A DNA stretch of 57,018 bases, counting the filler, from Jimgerdemannia flammicorona (taxonomy: Eukaryota), in NCBI GenBank assembly GCA_003990765.1. It is 3 parts of 3 records of this genome, joined end to end, with 100 filler letters (N's around TTAATTAATTAA, not from the genome) between each part and the next. Parts side by side here need not be neighbours in the genome. Positions count along the whole stretch, not along the records: positions 19,048 to 37,983 come from RBNJ01002069.1; 2 more parts are not named here. One strand, 5' to 3'. Both the position numbers and the translations under genes were made by a program. How positions within the stretch are numbered: the first letter of the stretch is position 1; every line of letters starts with the position of its first letter. The notes under the pieces were generated by a model, which had not been told where the DNA came from, made no database searches, and saw nothing but the letters and a program-made list of their open reading frames with translations. Shown piece after piece: positions 27,105 to 38,083 of the stretch.

Positions 27105-27608
27105 CTATTTGAACTCGTGAAATAGGAGTTGAAAGCGAAGAAAGCGCATGCCAGGATTCTTCAAAGGCCAGCTAACCGAGGGATTCGCTGTTGTGCCGAT
27201 GAGGTCCACACTGAGCTGGCCCCTATTCACTTTCGTCTCAAGCTCCAACTTAAATTTTTCGAACTCCACCTCCACCTGGTCAAAGCGCTCTCCGACGAAG
27301 TCCCAGAAGATTCCCCAGTCAAGACGTTCGCAGGCGTTGCGCTCCACGGATGTGAGATTTTTCAATAACTCCTTTTCATTCTTACTGTCTCCGGGGGCAT
27401 TTGCCGTGACCGCCACCAACTTCTCTGGTTCTGAGTTCGAAAACCACAATTCAAGCACCACAAAGCCTCTCCAGCATTTTCCGTCCTTTGCTATTCCGCG
27501 ATCGTGGATCATCTGGATGAAGCGCGATATGGGCACACCGTACAACTCCATCATGGGGCTAAGGCGGGGACGTTTTGATGCACGACGACGAAAGAATGTG
27601 TTGCCCAT
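27105..27608 (-). CDS. Uncharacterised small protein, paralog 3 (167 aa)
   Basis: Starts MGNTFFRRRASKR; same start and stop positions as the other paralogs. Confidence 0.8.
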   Translation of the reverse strand: MGNTFFRRRASKRPRLSPMMELYGVPISRFIQMIHDRGIAKDGKCWRGFVVLELWFSNSEPEKLVAVTANAPGDSKNEKELLKNLTSVERNACERLDWGIFWDFVGERFDQVEVEFEKFKLELETKVNRGQLSVDLIGTTANPSVSWPLKNPGMRFLRFQLLFHEFK

Positions 27609-27845
27609 GTTGGGGGCTGAAAGGTGTTGGAATAAGTTACAAAATGAAGAATAAGTTGATTCTGGTCAGACTGAGAGTCTCATATAGGTGTCGGATTGAT
27701 GACATATGACTACATACTAGAGAACTTAAGCTTAGGCATCACGGTGTTTTTTTAGATTGTGTATTTTTTGGGGTGCCATACCTGGATGATTTTTAAGTCA
27801 TATGCTTGCCATGTGAGACCTGAGGGGGCATGACCCCGGTGAAAG

Positions 27846-27945
27846 AGACCTCAACGAAGGAGACCTGATATCGGCGAAGGGGATCTCGGCGAAGGTAATC
27901 TCAGCGAAGGAGATCTCAGCAAAGGAGACCTCGGCGATGGGGAAG
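27846..27945. repeat. 15-bp minisatellite (GAGA(C/T)CTCGGCGAAG) x ~6 upstream of paralog 3
   Basis: Tandem units visible; ~3 units at the homologous site ~24513-24560. Confidence 0.75.
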
Positions 27946-30900
27946 GGGATCTTGTAAGATAAATAATTTAATAAAATGTGTTAAATATATACAATATAGA
28001 ATACAATAAAGCCATCCTAACCATATTTTTTGTCGCTGGGTGCCAAAGAAACAAAAGAAAAGCTTATGGAAGTGGAGAGGGGGGGAGGAGTATCATGAGG
28101 TTGGCTTTGACGTGAGAACAGTGGGAACGATCTCTATTTCACAAAGGTCCATGGCGGCTTTTTCTAAAATAGGGGCTCCGCAAAAAAAAAAAAAAAAAAA
28201 AATAGAACTATGAGGTCCGGAAAATTGAATTCGCTTAGAAAGTATGTCACTTGCACTGGCATTGATGAATAGAGCGTAATTTATTTGAGATATTCTTTAA
28301 AATAAAATCAACCGGCAACTCTCAGCTGCCCAGACCACAAGGATCTATATACATGCAGGTAAATCAGGAGTGGCAGAGCCTCACCGGATCCGGAAATTAT
28401 ATCCGCAAACAGATGTCGATAAGATAAGGCTCCGTAGGTTGCACGCTATCGGAAGTGGATGACCCGGCGAAATGGGATATCAATTTGACAGATTCATGAG
28501 CCAACGTAATGGCTGGAGTCGGGAACTGTGGGGTAGCATTCGGGGAACATATTCGGGGGCAATTTTGAAAGGGGCGGGAGTCCAATTTATGAGGCGCTAG
28601 TTTTTTAAGGAGACAGCCTGGCCCCCGGGGCTATCGCTTTCCAAAAGGAAATGAGCGAAATGTGCTCGGTATGGCGCTTTCTTTTAAAAACGGGATTCGG
28701 GCGTTTCCTCCCAAGTATATATGTATAGTATTTTCTTTGTGGGGAAAATGCGTGGGTTTCACAAGTACAAGGAGATTCTGTCAAGCCTGGGTTCACTCCA
28801 GTGAAAGATTTCGGTCATGCCGCCTGACGCGCCTGAATTTCATTTCGGTGTTTCCCAGCCTCCTGTTTGAGGTGTCTGTGTGTTTGTTCTTTTGGATTTT
28901 GTCTACGCAAGGCTAAAATGAATTCGCGCTTCCTTTGAGATTCTTTAGCTATTTGCACTATTCCATTCCATTCGCACTACTCAATCAAAGAGAAGCGACC
29001 TGTCTCGAAAAACCAAATGGCGTTGTAAGTGATCATTGACACAAAATCCCCCAGTAATGGTCACCTTGCATGGCGCTGACGTCACCGGAACAATGTTCAC
29101 TCGTGTGCCGCAAACTTCTGGGACCTGGAATTTCCAGATCCCCGGTATTGCGACGTGCATCATAAGATTCCGACAGTAGTTTAAACAGAGTTTATGACAT
29201 TAACCACAAACGTAAGTTGCCGATGTCAGTTTTAGGTAACTCGGCCGATCGCACTCGGCCACCCGGTTAACGGAGAAACGGAGAAACAACTAGATCGGGT
29301 CCCATGCGCACTTCACGTGCCCCAGGTAAAACAGGGTGCCAGGTGAGTTTTGCAACCCGTCTAACATGCCACATGCAACAACAAAAAAAAAAAAAAAAAC
29401 ATGTCACATGCATGCCACATACTTCGCTGGTGGCTGGGAAAATTATCAATGTCCCACACTTACACTCTCCCGCGGAACCCAGCAGCCACCATTCCTGAGC
29501 CTGGTCTGTTCCTGCTCCAAAATTTGTAAAGGGCGTGCGCAAGCTGTGCTTCGCCAAGCATATGCAGTGCCTATACACTTTGGTGGGAAACATACCCTTT
29601 TTCTCGTCTCATTACGTAAACCAGCGAACACCTGAGGAATCCCCACTCATGGAATTAAATCAAAGACTAGAACGAAACCTTGATCATTGACTGGGTTCGA
29701 CACTAAAAACCAAGTTTCCTTGACTAGCAAGTATTCAGTTTGAAAGTAACTTTGGTTGGGAGCGGGACATATAGAAGGATATGTATATGTTGCGGGCCAG
29801 ATGGTTGTGTCAATGGCGACTGCAGGTCTTGGGCATCATTGGGATTGGAGGCGGGTGACAGAATGCTATACTGGCAGTCGGAGAAGGAGCCATGTTAGAA
29901 GTAAAATTCTCCGTGACTTTGCAAGGGGACTAGACTTATGCTCCCGTCTGTCAGCGAGTTCGCCACCTTCCTCGACCAGCCTCTCCCTGGCAATACATTG
30001 TCACCAATATATGCTAGAAGACGTTGGTATCAAATTTCGGACCAGTGACATGAGAAACCGACACCCTTATTGTGAGCGTGGTGGAGTCAGCACTTCGGCG
30101 CAAAACAATCCCCGGCCGAAGCGACCGAGGTTTCTTTCCACTAGTTCATGGAGACAATGGCAACCCCATTAGAGCTACCTGCTAGTCCCTATGAGCGGCC
30201 CGTTTATGATCACGTTTGCTCGGTTAGGGAGAGGATAGATCAGAGAGACCCAACAGCTTAGCTCAATGACGGAATAAGACCTATGGAACAGCTCTGTAAA
30301 TAATTGGTAGGCCTCCTTTCCATATTTTGGAACAATTTGTATTTGTGCACGTAATGCACTTCGCTTTGTGTTTAATGCTATTTTTGTTGTCACATATTAT
30401 TACACAACTGGGTCCATTGCAATTATAGTTGCATAGGGCAACGCAAACTGCGAGTTTGCCCCTATGGCGGACTCGAGATTGCATCTACCAAATGCGGCGG
30501 ATGATCAATATAAACTCACTCGTCGAATCGATGACAAGTGAGATTAAATATCGCTATATGCAAAGATTCCTTCCGATTATTCATTATTTATTTAATTTTT
30601 GTTGAAGAAATTTATAATTAGAAAGAGAAGCTGACCCCTTTACCCATTCCGTCACAGATGGACATCAAATTGATCTCCAAGGGTTTGGAAAGCGACGGTG
30701 TATCGTTCCTAAACTTTGCTCGAATATAATAATCCATAGCACCCTTGTGCCCTCGCCATTCCATTGACTTGCCATTTCAAGGGGGAGGGATGCAAGAATT
30801 ATCATCGGTTATCATACAGTCTACGCTGCTCTTTACAACTCCGCCGGCGGTCCTCATTTCTTGTGCTTTTGAATAATTTCTTCCGCTGTACCCTAGCATA

Positions 30901-31589
30901 ATTATGCCTCTCTTAATATGGATTTCTACAGTAGTTTTGAGAAAGCTTCGTCGATCGTGGTCACTCTTGTTTTACTCAATGTGTATTCCTGTCGTCCGAC
31001 CCGTCCGAACCGCGCATACCGAAATAAGGCAATGTTTCATAATTCGTGGCTTGAACCTTCAAACGAAGGCATGAAGGCAACCAGCAAGCCCAAGATTAAA
31101 TGCAGTCTCGATTATGCTGATGGTGCGTGACCAAGGCGTGGGGTGGGGTCAAGAGACATAACATCATAATGTGGACAATGCATGCCACGTCGACTTGACA
31201 TTCGCATTGTCAGACAATATTTTCAACGGGATGCCTTTTACAATTTGATGCTTGGCCATAATAATATATATAACATGTATTAAAGTCATGGTTTTTATGT
31301 TATAAGATGGGAAGTTTTTTTTTTTTTTTTTTTTTTTTGGCTCTTTCGAGGATCGAATTGGCTACCGGAAGATTCCAAGAGCTCTCTGAAATATGGTGGC
31401 ACCTGAGAATCATGGAGGGTAATTGACGATTGCACGGACGAACCATATGTGGTGTTGAATTCCAGTCCGCAAATGAATGACGCATGCAGTGCGCATAACA
31501 GATATAAACGGGCATACAGCATGTGCTGCGTGGAGGCCACATTTTACCCAATTGATTATTTGCCGATCAAATATATAAATCCCTCCTAG

Positions 31590-31708
31590 TCAGATCTCTT
31601 CGCTACGCCTTGATCATGTATCGTCTGGAAAGCGCGCAATGAACACATCCATCATGGATGCGCGGATCTAAATGATGGCGGACTTCGGCGCGAGAACATG
31701 TTACCCAT
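31590..31708 (-). pseudogene. Truncated, frameshifted fifth paralog
   Basis: Reads MGNMFSRR..., then in shifted frames MMDVFIARF and FQTIHDQGVAK, matching MMELYGVFIARFIQMIHDHGVAK. Homology stops there. Confidence 0.75.
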
Positions 31709-32141
31709 GTTGGACCGGCTGAAGGCTTTGGAATGAATGGAATTTAAATCTCACTAGGAGGGATTATATATTAAAATATCCAAAGAACAACCAATAACCG
31801 ATTTACAGCGGATAATATCGCCAATTTGGTGATTATAATGGATTATCCGTGATAGGTACAAGTTGTCCAAACTCTATCCTTTCCTCTCCTCGTCCGCTCA
31901 GTACCTCGCTCCCTGCCTCCCCATATTCATTTTTCTTCTACTTGACCGGTTGGTTACTGACCAATTGCCAAATGCCTCACGTGCACGCGCAATACGCTCA
32001 AATAAACCATATGACGTCGAAACATTTAAAAAGTGACAAAACTAATAACAAAGCCTCCTTTCAATTGCAAATATCCCATATTCACTCACCTGTGACAGGT
32101 CATCTGGTTGATTTGGCTGATCTGGACTTATCTGGATGCCG

Positions 32142-32448
32142 ACTAAGTGCAGAACGATGGTGACTAAGCACAGAATGCCAAGAACGACGACGCAGCGCAG
32201 AACAGTGATGAATGCCGACTGAGCGCAGAACGGCGATGACGACGACGATGAACGATGAGTGACGGATTACGGGTAGACAGAACGATGGCAACGATTAAGT
32301 GCAGAACGGCGATGAACGACAACGAAGTGCAGAACGACAACTAAGTGCAGAACGACAACTAAGCGCAGAACGACACCTAAGTGCACAACGACAGAACCGC
32401 TATGAACGAAAACTAAGTGCAGAACGGCGATGAACGACAAGTGCAGAG
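32142..32448. repeat. Imperfect minisatellite, core ACTAAGTGCAGAACGACA (18 bp)
   Basis: About 10 copies of AAG(T/C)GCAGAACG with variable linkers. Confidence 0.85.
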
Positions 32449-32670
32449 TGTGCACCAATCAACCTAGAAGGCCAACCACCGCGATGTATTCCCACTGCTG
32501 AAATCTGCTTTTCATTAACAAAAGACCATGCAAAGAGAGCTACACATACTGTACACAGGCTTCTCTACGAGGGCGCAGCTGGTAGTCAGTCTGAGTGCCG
32601 CAAAAAATTGGTTATAAAACCTGAGGTCCTATCAGGAATTTGAGTTGACACATAACGACAAAGTCTTCAA

Positions 32671-32787
32671 TTAAGGCGAAATAGCGGCAAAGTCCATCGC
32701 TTAGGAGAAGGCGAACAGCGGCAAAGTTCATCATTTAAGAGAAGGCGAACGGCGACGAGGTTCATTGTATAGGAGAAGGTGAACAAG
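32671..32787. repeat. ~34-bp tandem repeat x ~3.5
   Basis: TTAGGAGAAGGCGAACAGCGGCAAAGTTCATC-like units. Confidence 0.75.
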
Positions 32788-35160
32788 TGTATTGTGTGAT
32801 TACGGGCTGCCTTCCCACTTATTAATTTTTATTATATATATATACCATCATTATTATTTTGTTTTGTTATTTCAATAGAAGAATAGTGGGGACGGTCGTT
32901 TAAGAGGGGGAAGTCGCTTAGGTGAGATATGACTTTGCCCGCAGGCCTACGAGTGGAAAAAGGCTTCGGTCTCTTTGGACGGAGATGGTTTCCGCCGGAG
33001 TGCTAACCCCACCACGAAATGAGGGTGTCGGCTTTCTCACGTCACCGATCCGAAATATGATACTAATGTCTCTAGCATATATTGCTGAAAAGTATCGTCA
33101 GAGGAGCCGAACGAGAGCATCAGTTTAGTTCTCTTTGCAAAGGCATTGGCAATTTCACCGCTGACACCCTGGGCAAAAAGGATACCCAGAAAATGATATG
33201 ACATACCATATAAAAGGTTCTGGTCCTTATTCTGCAGACGAAAGCCTACATGTTTCGTGACAGCGCATATTCTGGGAAGTCTATACAAGTTCAAAGGATA
33301 GAATATTTAAGGTGTGGATTAGCAAAAGCGACATTCCTAACCGTGGCGCATCCCCTTCTCCGCTGACTCAACCGTACATATCTTCTTTCGTGCGCACACT
33401 GGCCCCTTCATTACCAATCCCCGTGACCTTAAACCCGCGCAGCTATCAGTGATGTGTCTATCCTGCTTGCCTCGGCTGTAAGTAGCCGTGCAAATAGAAC
33501 GTTGACAGAATAACAATAATAATAAAAACCACCTTGCATTCGTCGCGAGTCCGTTAATTACTTCGCTTTGTGGGAAATAAAATAGTGCTTGGGTTATCAG
33601 AGGGCAGAAACGCCAGAGATCTTCCACGATTGACAACAGCCCACGAGTCTCCTTCACCCGCTCCCAACCTCCAAGGACAAATATCCGGCTATCCAAGATC
33701 TGCAGTCGCTATTTCCCGGTTACTTTGCAAACTAAATAATTTTAGGCAAGCAAGCACAGCTTCCAGTGTCGAACGCTGTCGATGATCAAAATTTCGCTCT
33801 GGCCTTAGATTTAATTCCGTGAGTGGGTTGACGGTTCCCCGATTCCTGGGGTCTACGTAAGTGAGACGAGAAAAAAGGATATGAGTTGTCAATGTAGTAT
33901 GGAATTTTTCCACTCAGCCATGTCGCCAAACTGGTAGTATAAGTGTGGGGACCTTGAAAAATGCCCCATCCACCAGCGCGTATTGGACAGGTTTCAAAAC
34001 TCACGGGGCACCTAGTTTTACCCTAGGGCACATGATCGACCAAGTTATCCAAAATTAATCTCGGCGGCTTAAACTACCGTCGGAAATCGAATAATGCACG
34101 TCGCTTTAATTTCTACAATACCGGGGATCTGGATTGAGAATGAAATTCCAGGTTCCAGAAGCTTGCAACATACGTGTGAACGTTTTCCGGTGACGTCAGT
34201 GCCATGAAGTCGCCAAGGCGACCCTTAATAGTGGACTGATTTTGTAAGTGTGTCCATTTATTGTTTCGGAATGGAATGGAAAAATGCAAACAGCTAAGGG
34301 ATTCCAAAGGAAGTGCGAATATATTCAAGCTCTACGTAGACAGAACAAAATGCAGACACCTCCAATGGGAGGCTGGGGAACCGCGAACTTCGGGCGCGTC
34401 GGGATCATCCCCACTCCTTGTACTTGTGAAAAACCCCAACAAAGAAAATACTATACATGGGAGGAAGCGCTCGAATCCCCGCCAATTCCCACAAAGTACC
34501 TCACTCAGTGCCGCGGGCCGCGGCGAGCACACTTCGCTCATTCTTTTCGGAAAGCGATACCCCGTCTCCTTAACAATACAAAATTGGGAAGGTGCCTCAC
34601 TAAATTGCACTCCCCGCCATCGAATTTTTCTTTACAAATTATAAGCTCTGGGTCCCCCCAAAATGCTACCCCACAGTTTCCGAATCCAGCCGAACCTGCA
34701 TGAATCGCCAAACTGATATTCCCATTCGCCGGATCATCTATTTAAACCTTATCGTCACCTGTTTGCGGATATAATCTACAAATCCTAATCTACCTGCCTG
34801 TAGATCTGCGGCATTGGCAACTATGGATTTTTGAAAGATTGGACGATAACGGAATATCACGAATTTATTGCCAGCCAATAATTTCCCTAATGCGTTGTAC
34901 ATACTAGCTCCCCAAATGGAAGTGATGTGCTTTCTAAGTGAACTCACTTCTTTGGCCTCATGATTTTATTTTTATTATTTTTGGGCCGCTATTTTTGAAA
35001 GGATAGCCATAGCGATTAAATGAAGAGGCTGAATATATCGAGAATCATACTAAGCTCATAACCCTTTCATTCCTTTTTTTTCCCTGAAGTTGTCAAACAC
35101 CCTCCGCTCCATTCTTCAAAATGCCGAATTGTATGCAGTCACAAAAAAACTCTATTCTTC

Positions 35161-35172
35161 ATTTTATAACTT
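35161..35172 (+). promoter_or_regulatory. Conserved TATA-like element ~40-60 bp upstream of the paralog ATG
   Basis: ATTTTATAACTT here; the same motif on the minus strand at ~20997-21008 and ~24252-24263, and a variant (ATTTTGTAACTT) at ~27634-27645. Confidence 0.45.
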
Positions 35173-35208
35173 ATCCCAACGCCTTCCCGCCCTTTCAGCA
35201 AATTCAAA

Positions 35209-35679
35209 ATGGGCAACAAATTCTCTCGTCGTCATGCATCAAAAAATCGCCGCCTTAGCCCCATGATGGAGTTGTACGGTGTGTTCATAGCGCGCTTCAT
35301 CCAGATGATCCACGACCGCAGAATAGGAAGCATCGTGGTGCTTGAATTGCGGTTCCCAAACTCGGAGCCAGAGAAGCTGGTGGCGGCCACAGCAAAGGTC
35401 CCCGCGGACAGAAAGGAGATGTTGAAAAATCTCACATCCGTGGAGCGCAGTGCCTGCGACCGTCGGGACTGGGAAATCTTCCGAGACTTCGTCGAGCAGC
35501 GCACCCAGGTCAAGGAAGAGTTTGAAAAATTCATGTTGGAGCTTGTGACAAAGGTGAATAGGGGCCAGCTCAGTGTGGACCTCACCAGCGCAACGGCGAA
35601 TCCTTCAGTTTGCCGGCCTTTGAAGGACTCTAATATGCACTTTATTCGCTTTCAGCTCCAATTTCACGAGCTCGAATAG
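35209..35679 (+). CDS. Uncharacterised small protein, paralog 4 (156 aa), inverted orientation
   Basis: MGNKFSRRHASKNRR...FQLQFHELE; flanks are reverse-complement homologs of the other units. Confidence 0.8.
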   Translation: MGNKFSRRHASKNRRLSPMMELYGVFIARFIQMIHDRRIGSIVVLELRFPNSEPEKLVAATAKVPADRKEMLKNLTSVERSACDRRDWEIFRDFVEQRTQVKEEFEKFMLELVTKVNRGQLSVDLTSATANPSVCRPLKDSNMHFIRFQLQFHELE

Positions 35680-37983
35680 ATATGTAGGTTGTATATGGAA
35701 CGCATACATATATGATCTAAGAAACTCGTACTTTAAGCGACATGTGCCAAGAATGTGTGTTTCCATTTTTTTTTTATTTTTTTTTTCAATATGCAATCTA
35801 TGATTACTCCAATTGATTATGACTAATATTAAACTATGCAATAAAGAGAATGCTCTCTATTTATGCCCTAACCCAATTGACTATCCTGACAAAACTCTAA
35901 GGCGAACCAACATTTTTCTATTTCGTTCTCTCGTTTCGTACTCTCTCCTTGTCGAGCTCGCTCATGACGAACTGACCAAATGCCACGCGTCGTCGATATT
36001 TCGACTTGTTCAATTAATCATATTTATGGTAGAGACGTGTGACGCCGTATGGCAAACTAGCTTGTCCAATCAGTCGTTCCCAACCCTCTCTTGATGGGTG
36101 ACCACGCTTTTCCTTGGGTAGGGGTGCGATAAACCTTGGTGACTGCAGAATGGTATCGCCGAACCAGTGATGCTTGACTGCACGGAAAATTCAGGATAAT
36201 TATATGACAGGTGTCAAAATATAAAAGGGTCCGCAGGATAGGCGGTGTAACTTTGATGTTTAAGTTTCACAGAGGTGGGAAAATAAACCTGCCAGTGACA
36301 CCTACAAAACGCGGGGTGATGGTAGCACTGAAACATGCACGGATCTACGATATCTGGATTATGACATAAGAATCGTGCATCTTGTGAGTCATGTTTCCAC
36401 GCTCATGCTTTTTTTCATGCTATTCCTCCCTCCCGCTGATTCAACAATGAACTATTAGATTGGGCAAAATATTGCTCAAAAGAAAGTTGGTGAGCTGTTT
36501 ATATTAATAATGGTTTATTATTATTATTATTATTATTAGCAAACAAACGTCACACTATTTCGAATATCTCCATCGGTGGAAGTGAAGGAAAGACTGGGGT
36601 TCGATGTACAGGTAGTGGTTGCATAATTCGGGTGGGATATCGCCTGTCAGCATCCATCGCGATTATTGCTGTAAACCGCGGGTTCGACTAACAGTAGAGT
36701 TACGTAAAAAAGCGGGGATTTGGAGCTTTAGTAATTTGCGAGGGCTAACCACAATTTCGTCACGCAGTACCCTACAATATCAAGGAATCTGGGGTTGTCC
36801 TCACGTGTCGCCTCATTCTCATCTGTGTGATAGTCTCAGTCGAGACTCTGACGTCGTTGTGTACTACTTCTGCCGTGCAGCGTTGGACGGGGGGATGGTG
36901 AGGCCTTTGGAATTATGAAAAACATCATATCAGGTTATGCCCCAATTTTCGGGCCATGCATCGCTTTGGCAACGCGCCATAATCGTCTGTCATCAATGGT
37001 CTTATGGAAATTTGTCAAGGGGGTGCTGGGTTTAAGGTTTCCAATCCACTGTCTGGTAAAAGGTCGTTGGACCGTGCGCGTTTACTGTCTCTATTTCCTG
37101 TCGGCCAGTCGAGCAGGTGAATCTGAAGCAGTGCGGTTAGCAAGCAGGCTTGGAGGTAAGCCGTAACACAGGGCGTAATAGCATAAATAGCAGAATTCGC
37201 GTGTACACAATCGCATAATTATGTTGATATGGCAACGAACCTGCGTTATTTTGAAATGGTGGCATTGTTTGATTTTACGTTCAGGTGTCTGGTTAGGATT
37301 TTTGGATTGGGCGTGTGTGCAGACTATTCCTCTCTATACTTATCCCACTCCCCCCCCCGCTCACTCATCGTCCTGGTATAGGTATATCTTATCGAAAAAG
37401 CCCCTTGTGCCGAGAGGATGCACTTCTGTATAACATGATAAAATATTTCGCACGGGCAAGGTATTTCGTTTCTAATAAGAGAGCTCTATTTAGTATTATT
37501 TGCAAATACGCAAATATTTTTAATTCCAACAAGTCTTGGTTGGGGAAAATTATTTTGAATGGTGAGTGAATATAGATAGCTAAACTTATGTACATATTAT
37601 GGGCACCGCTCTTTCATTATGCATACGCCAAAAGGTAATGGTTTGTAGTTTGTACGTATGCAAAAGAAATTTCTGGCGGATTGCTGAAGGTCATGTTATA
37701 CTATCCTTATACAGATATGAAAGTTAAACAGGGTTGACAAGACCCACAAGGTAGGAATGGTGGTGAAGCAGAAACGAGCCCAAGCCTGACCGCCATCCAA
37801 TAAACATTAATATATACGCACCTGCATGCGAAATTTCTTTGCGTACCAATGCGGACTAGGATTCGATCCCCGTACATGGTCTGTCTGTGCATTCGTCAAT
37901 TACCAGCCATGCTTTGCAGATGCCACCTTATTTCAGAGAGCTCTCGGGAACTTTCTGTCGGCAATTCAATTCTCAGGAGCAAA

Positions 37984-38083
37984 NNNNNNNNNNNNNNNNN
38001 NNNNNNNNNNNNNNNNNNNNNNNNNNNTTAATTAATTAANNNNNNNNNNNNNNNNNNNNNNNNNNNNNNNNNNNNNNNNNNNN
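37984..38083. other. Artificial assembly spacer (N-run with TTAATTAATTAA linker)
   Basis: Same 100-nt design as 18948-19047. Confidence 0.95.

Larger units (their letters stand above)
19078..36670. repeat. Segmental duplication array (~3.3-kb units; three tandem, one inverted, one remnant)
   Basis: Stop codons are spaced 3277 and 3378 bp apart. Shared non-coding blocks include 'TTTGAGGTGCCTGTGCGTTTGTTC' (~19178, 25742, 28866; inverted at ~34340) and 'CATGTTTCCACG', 'CCCGCTGATT' and (ATT)n in each unit. Confidence 0.88.

Noticed and set aside
32142..32448. CRISPR-like repeat-spacer appearance
   Set aside because: Linkers are short, variable and derived from the repeat itself; no cas genes; eukaryotic context.
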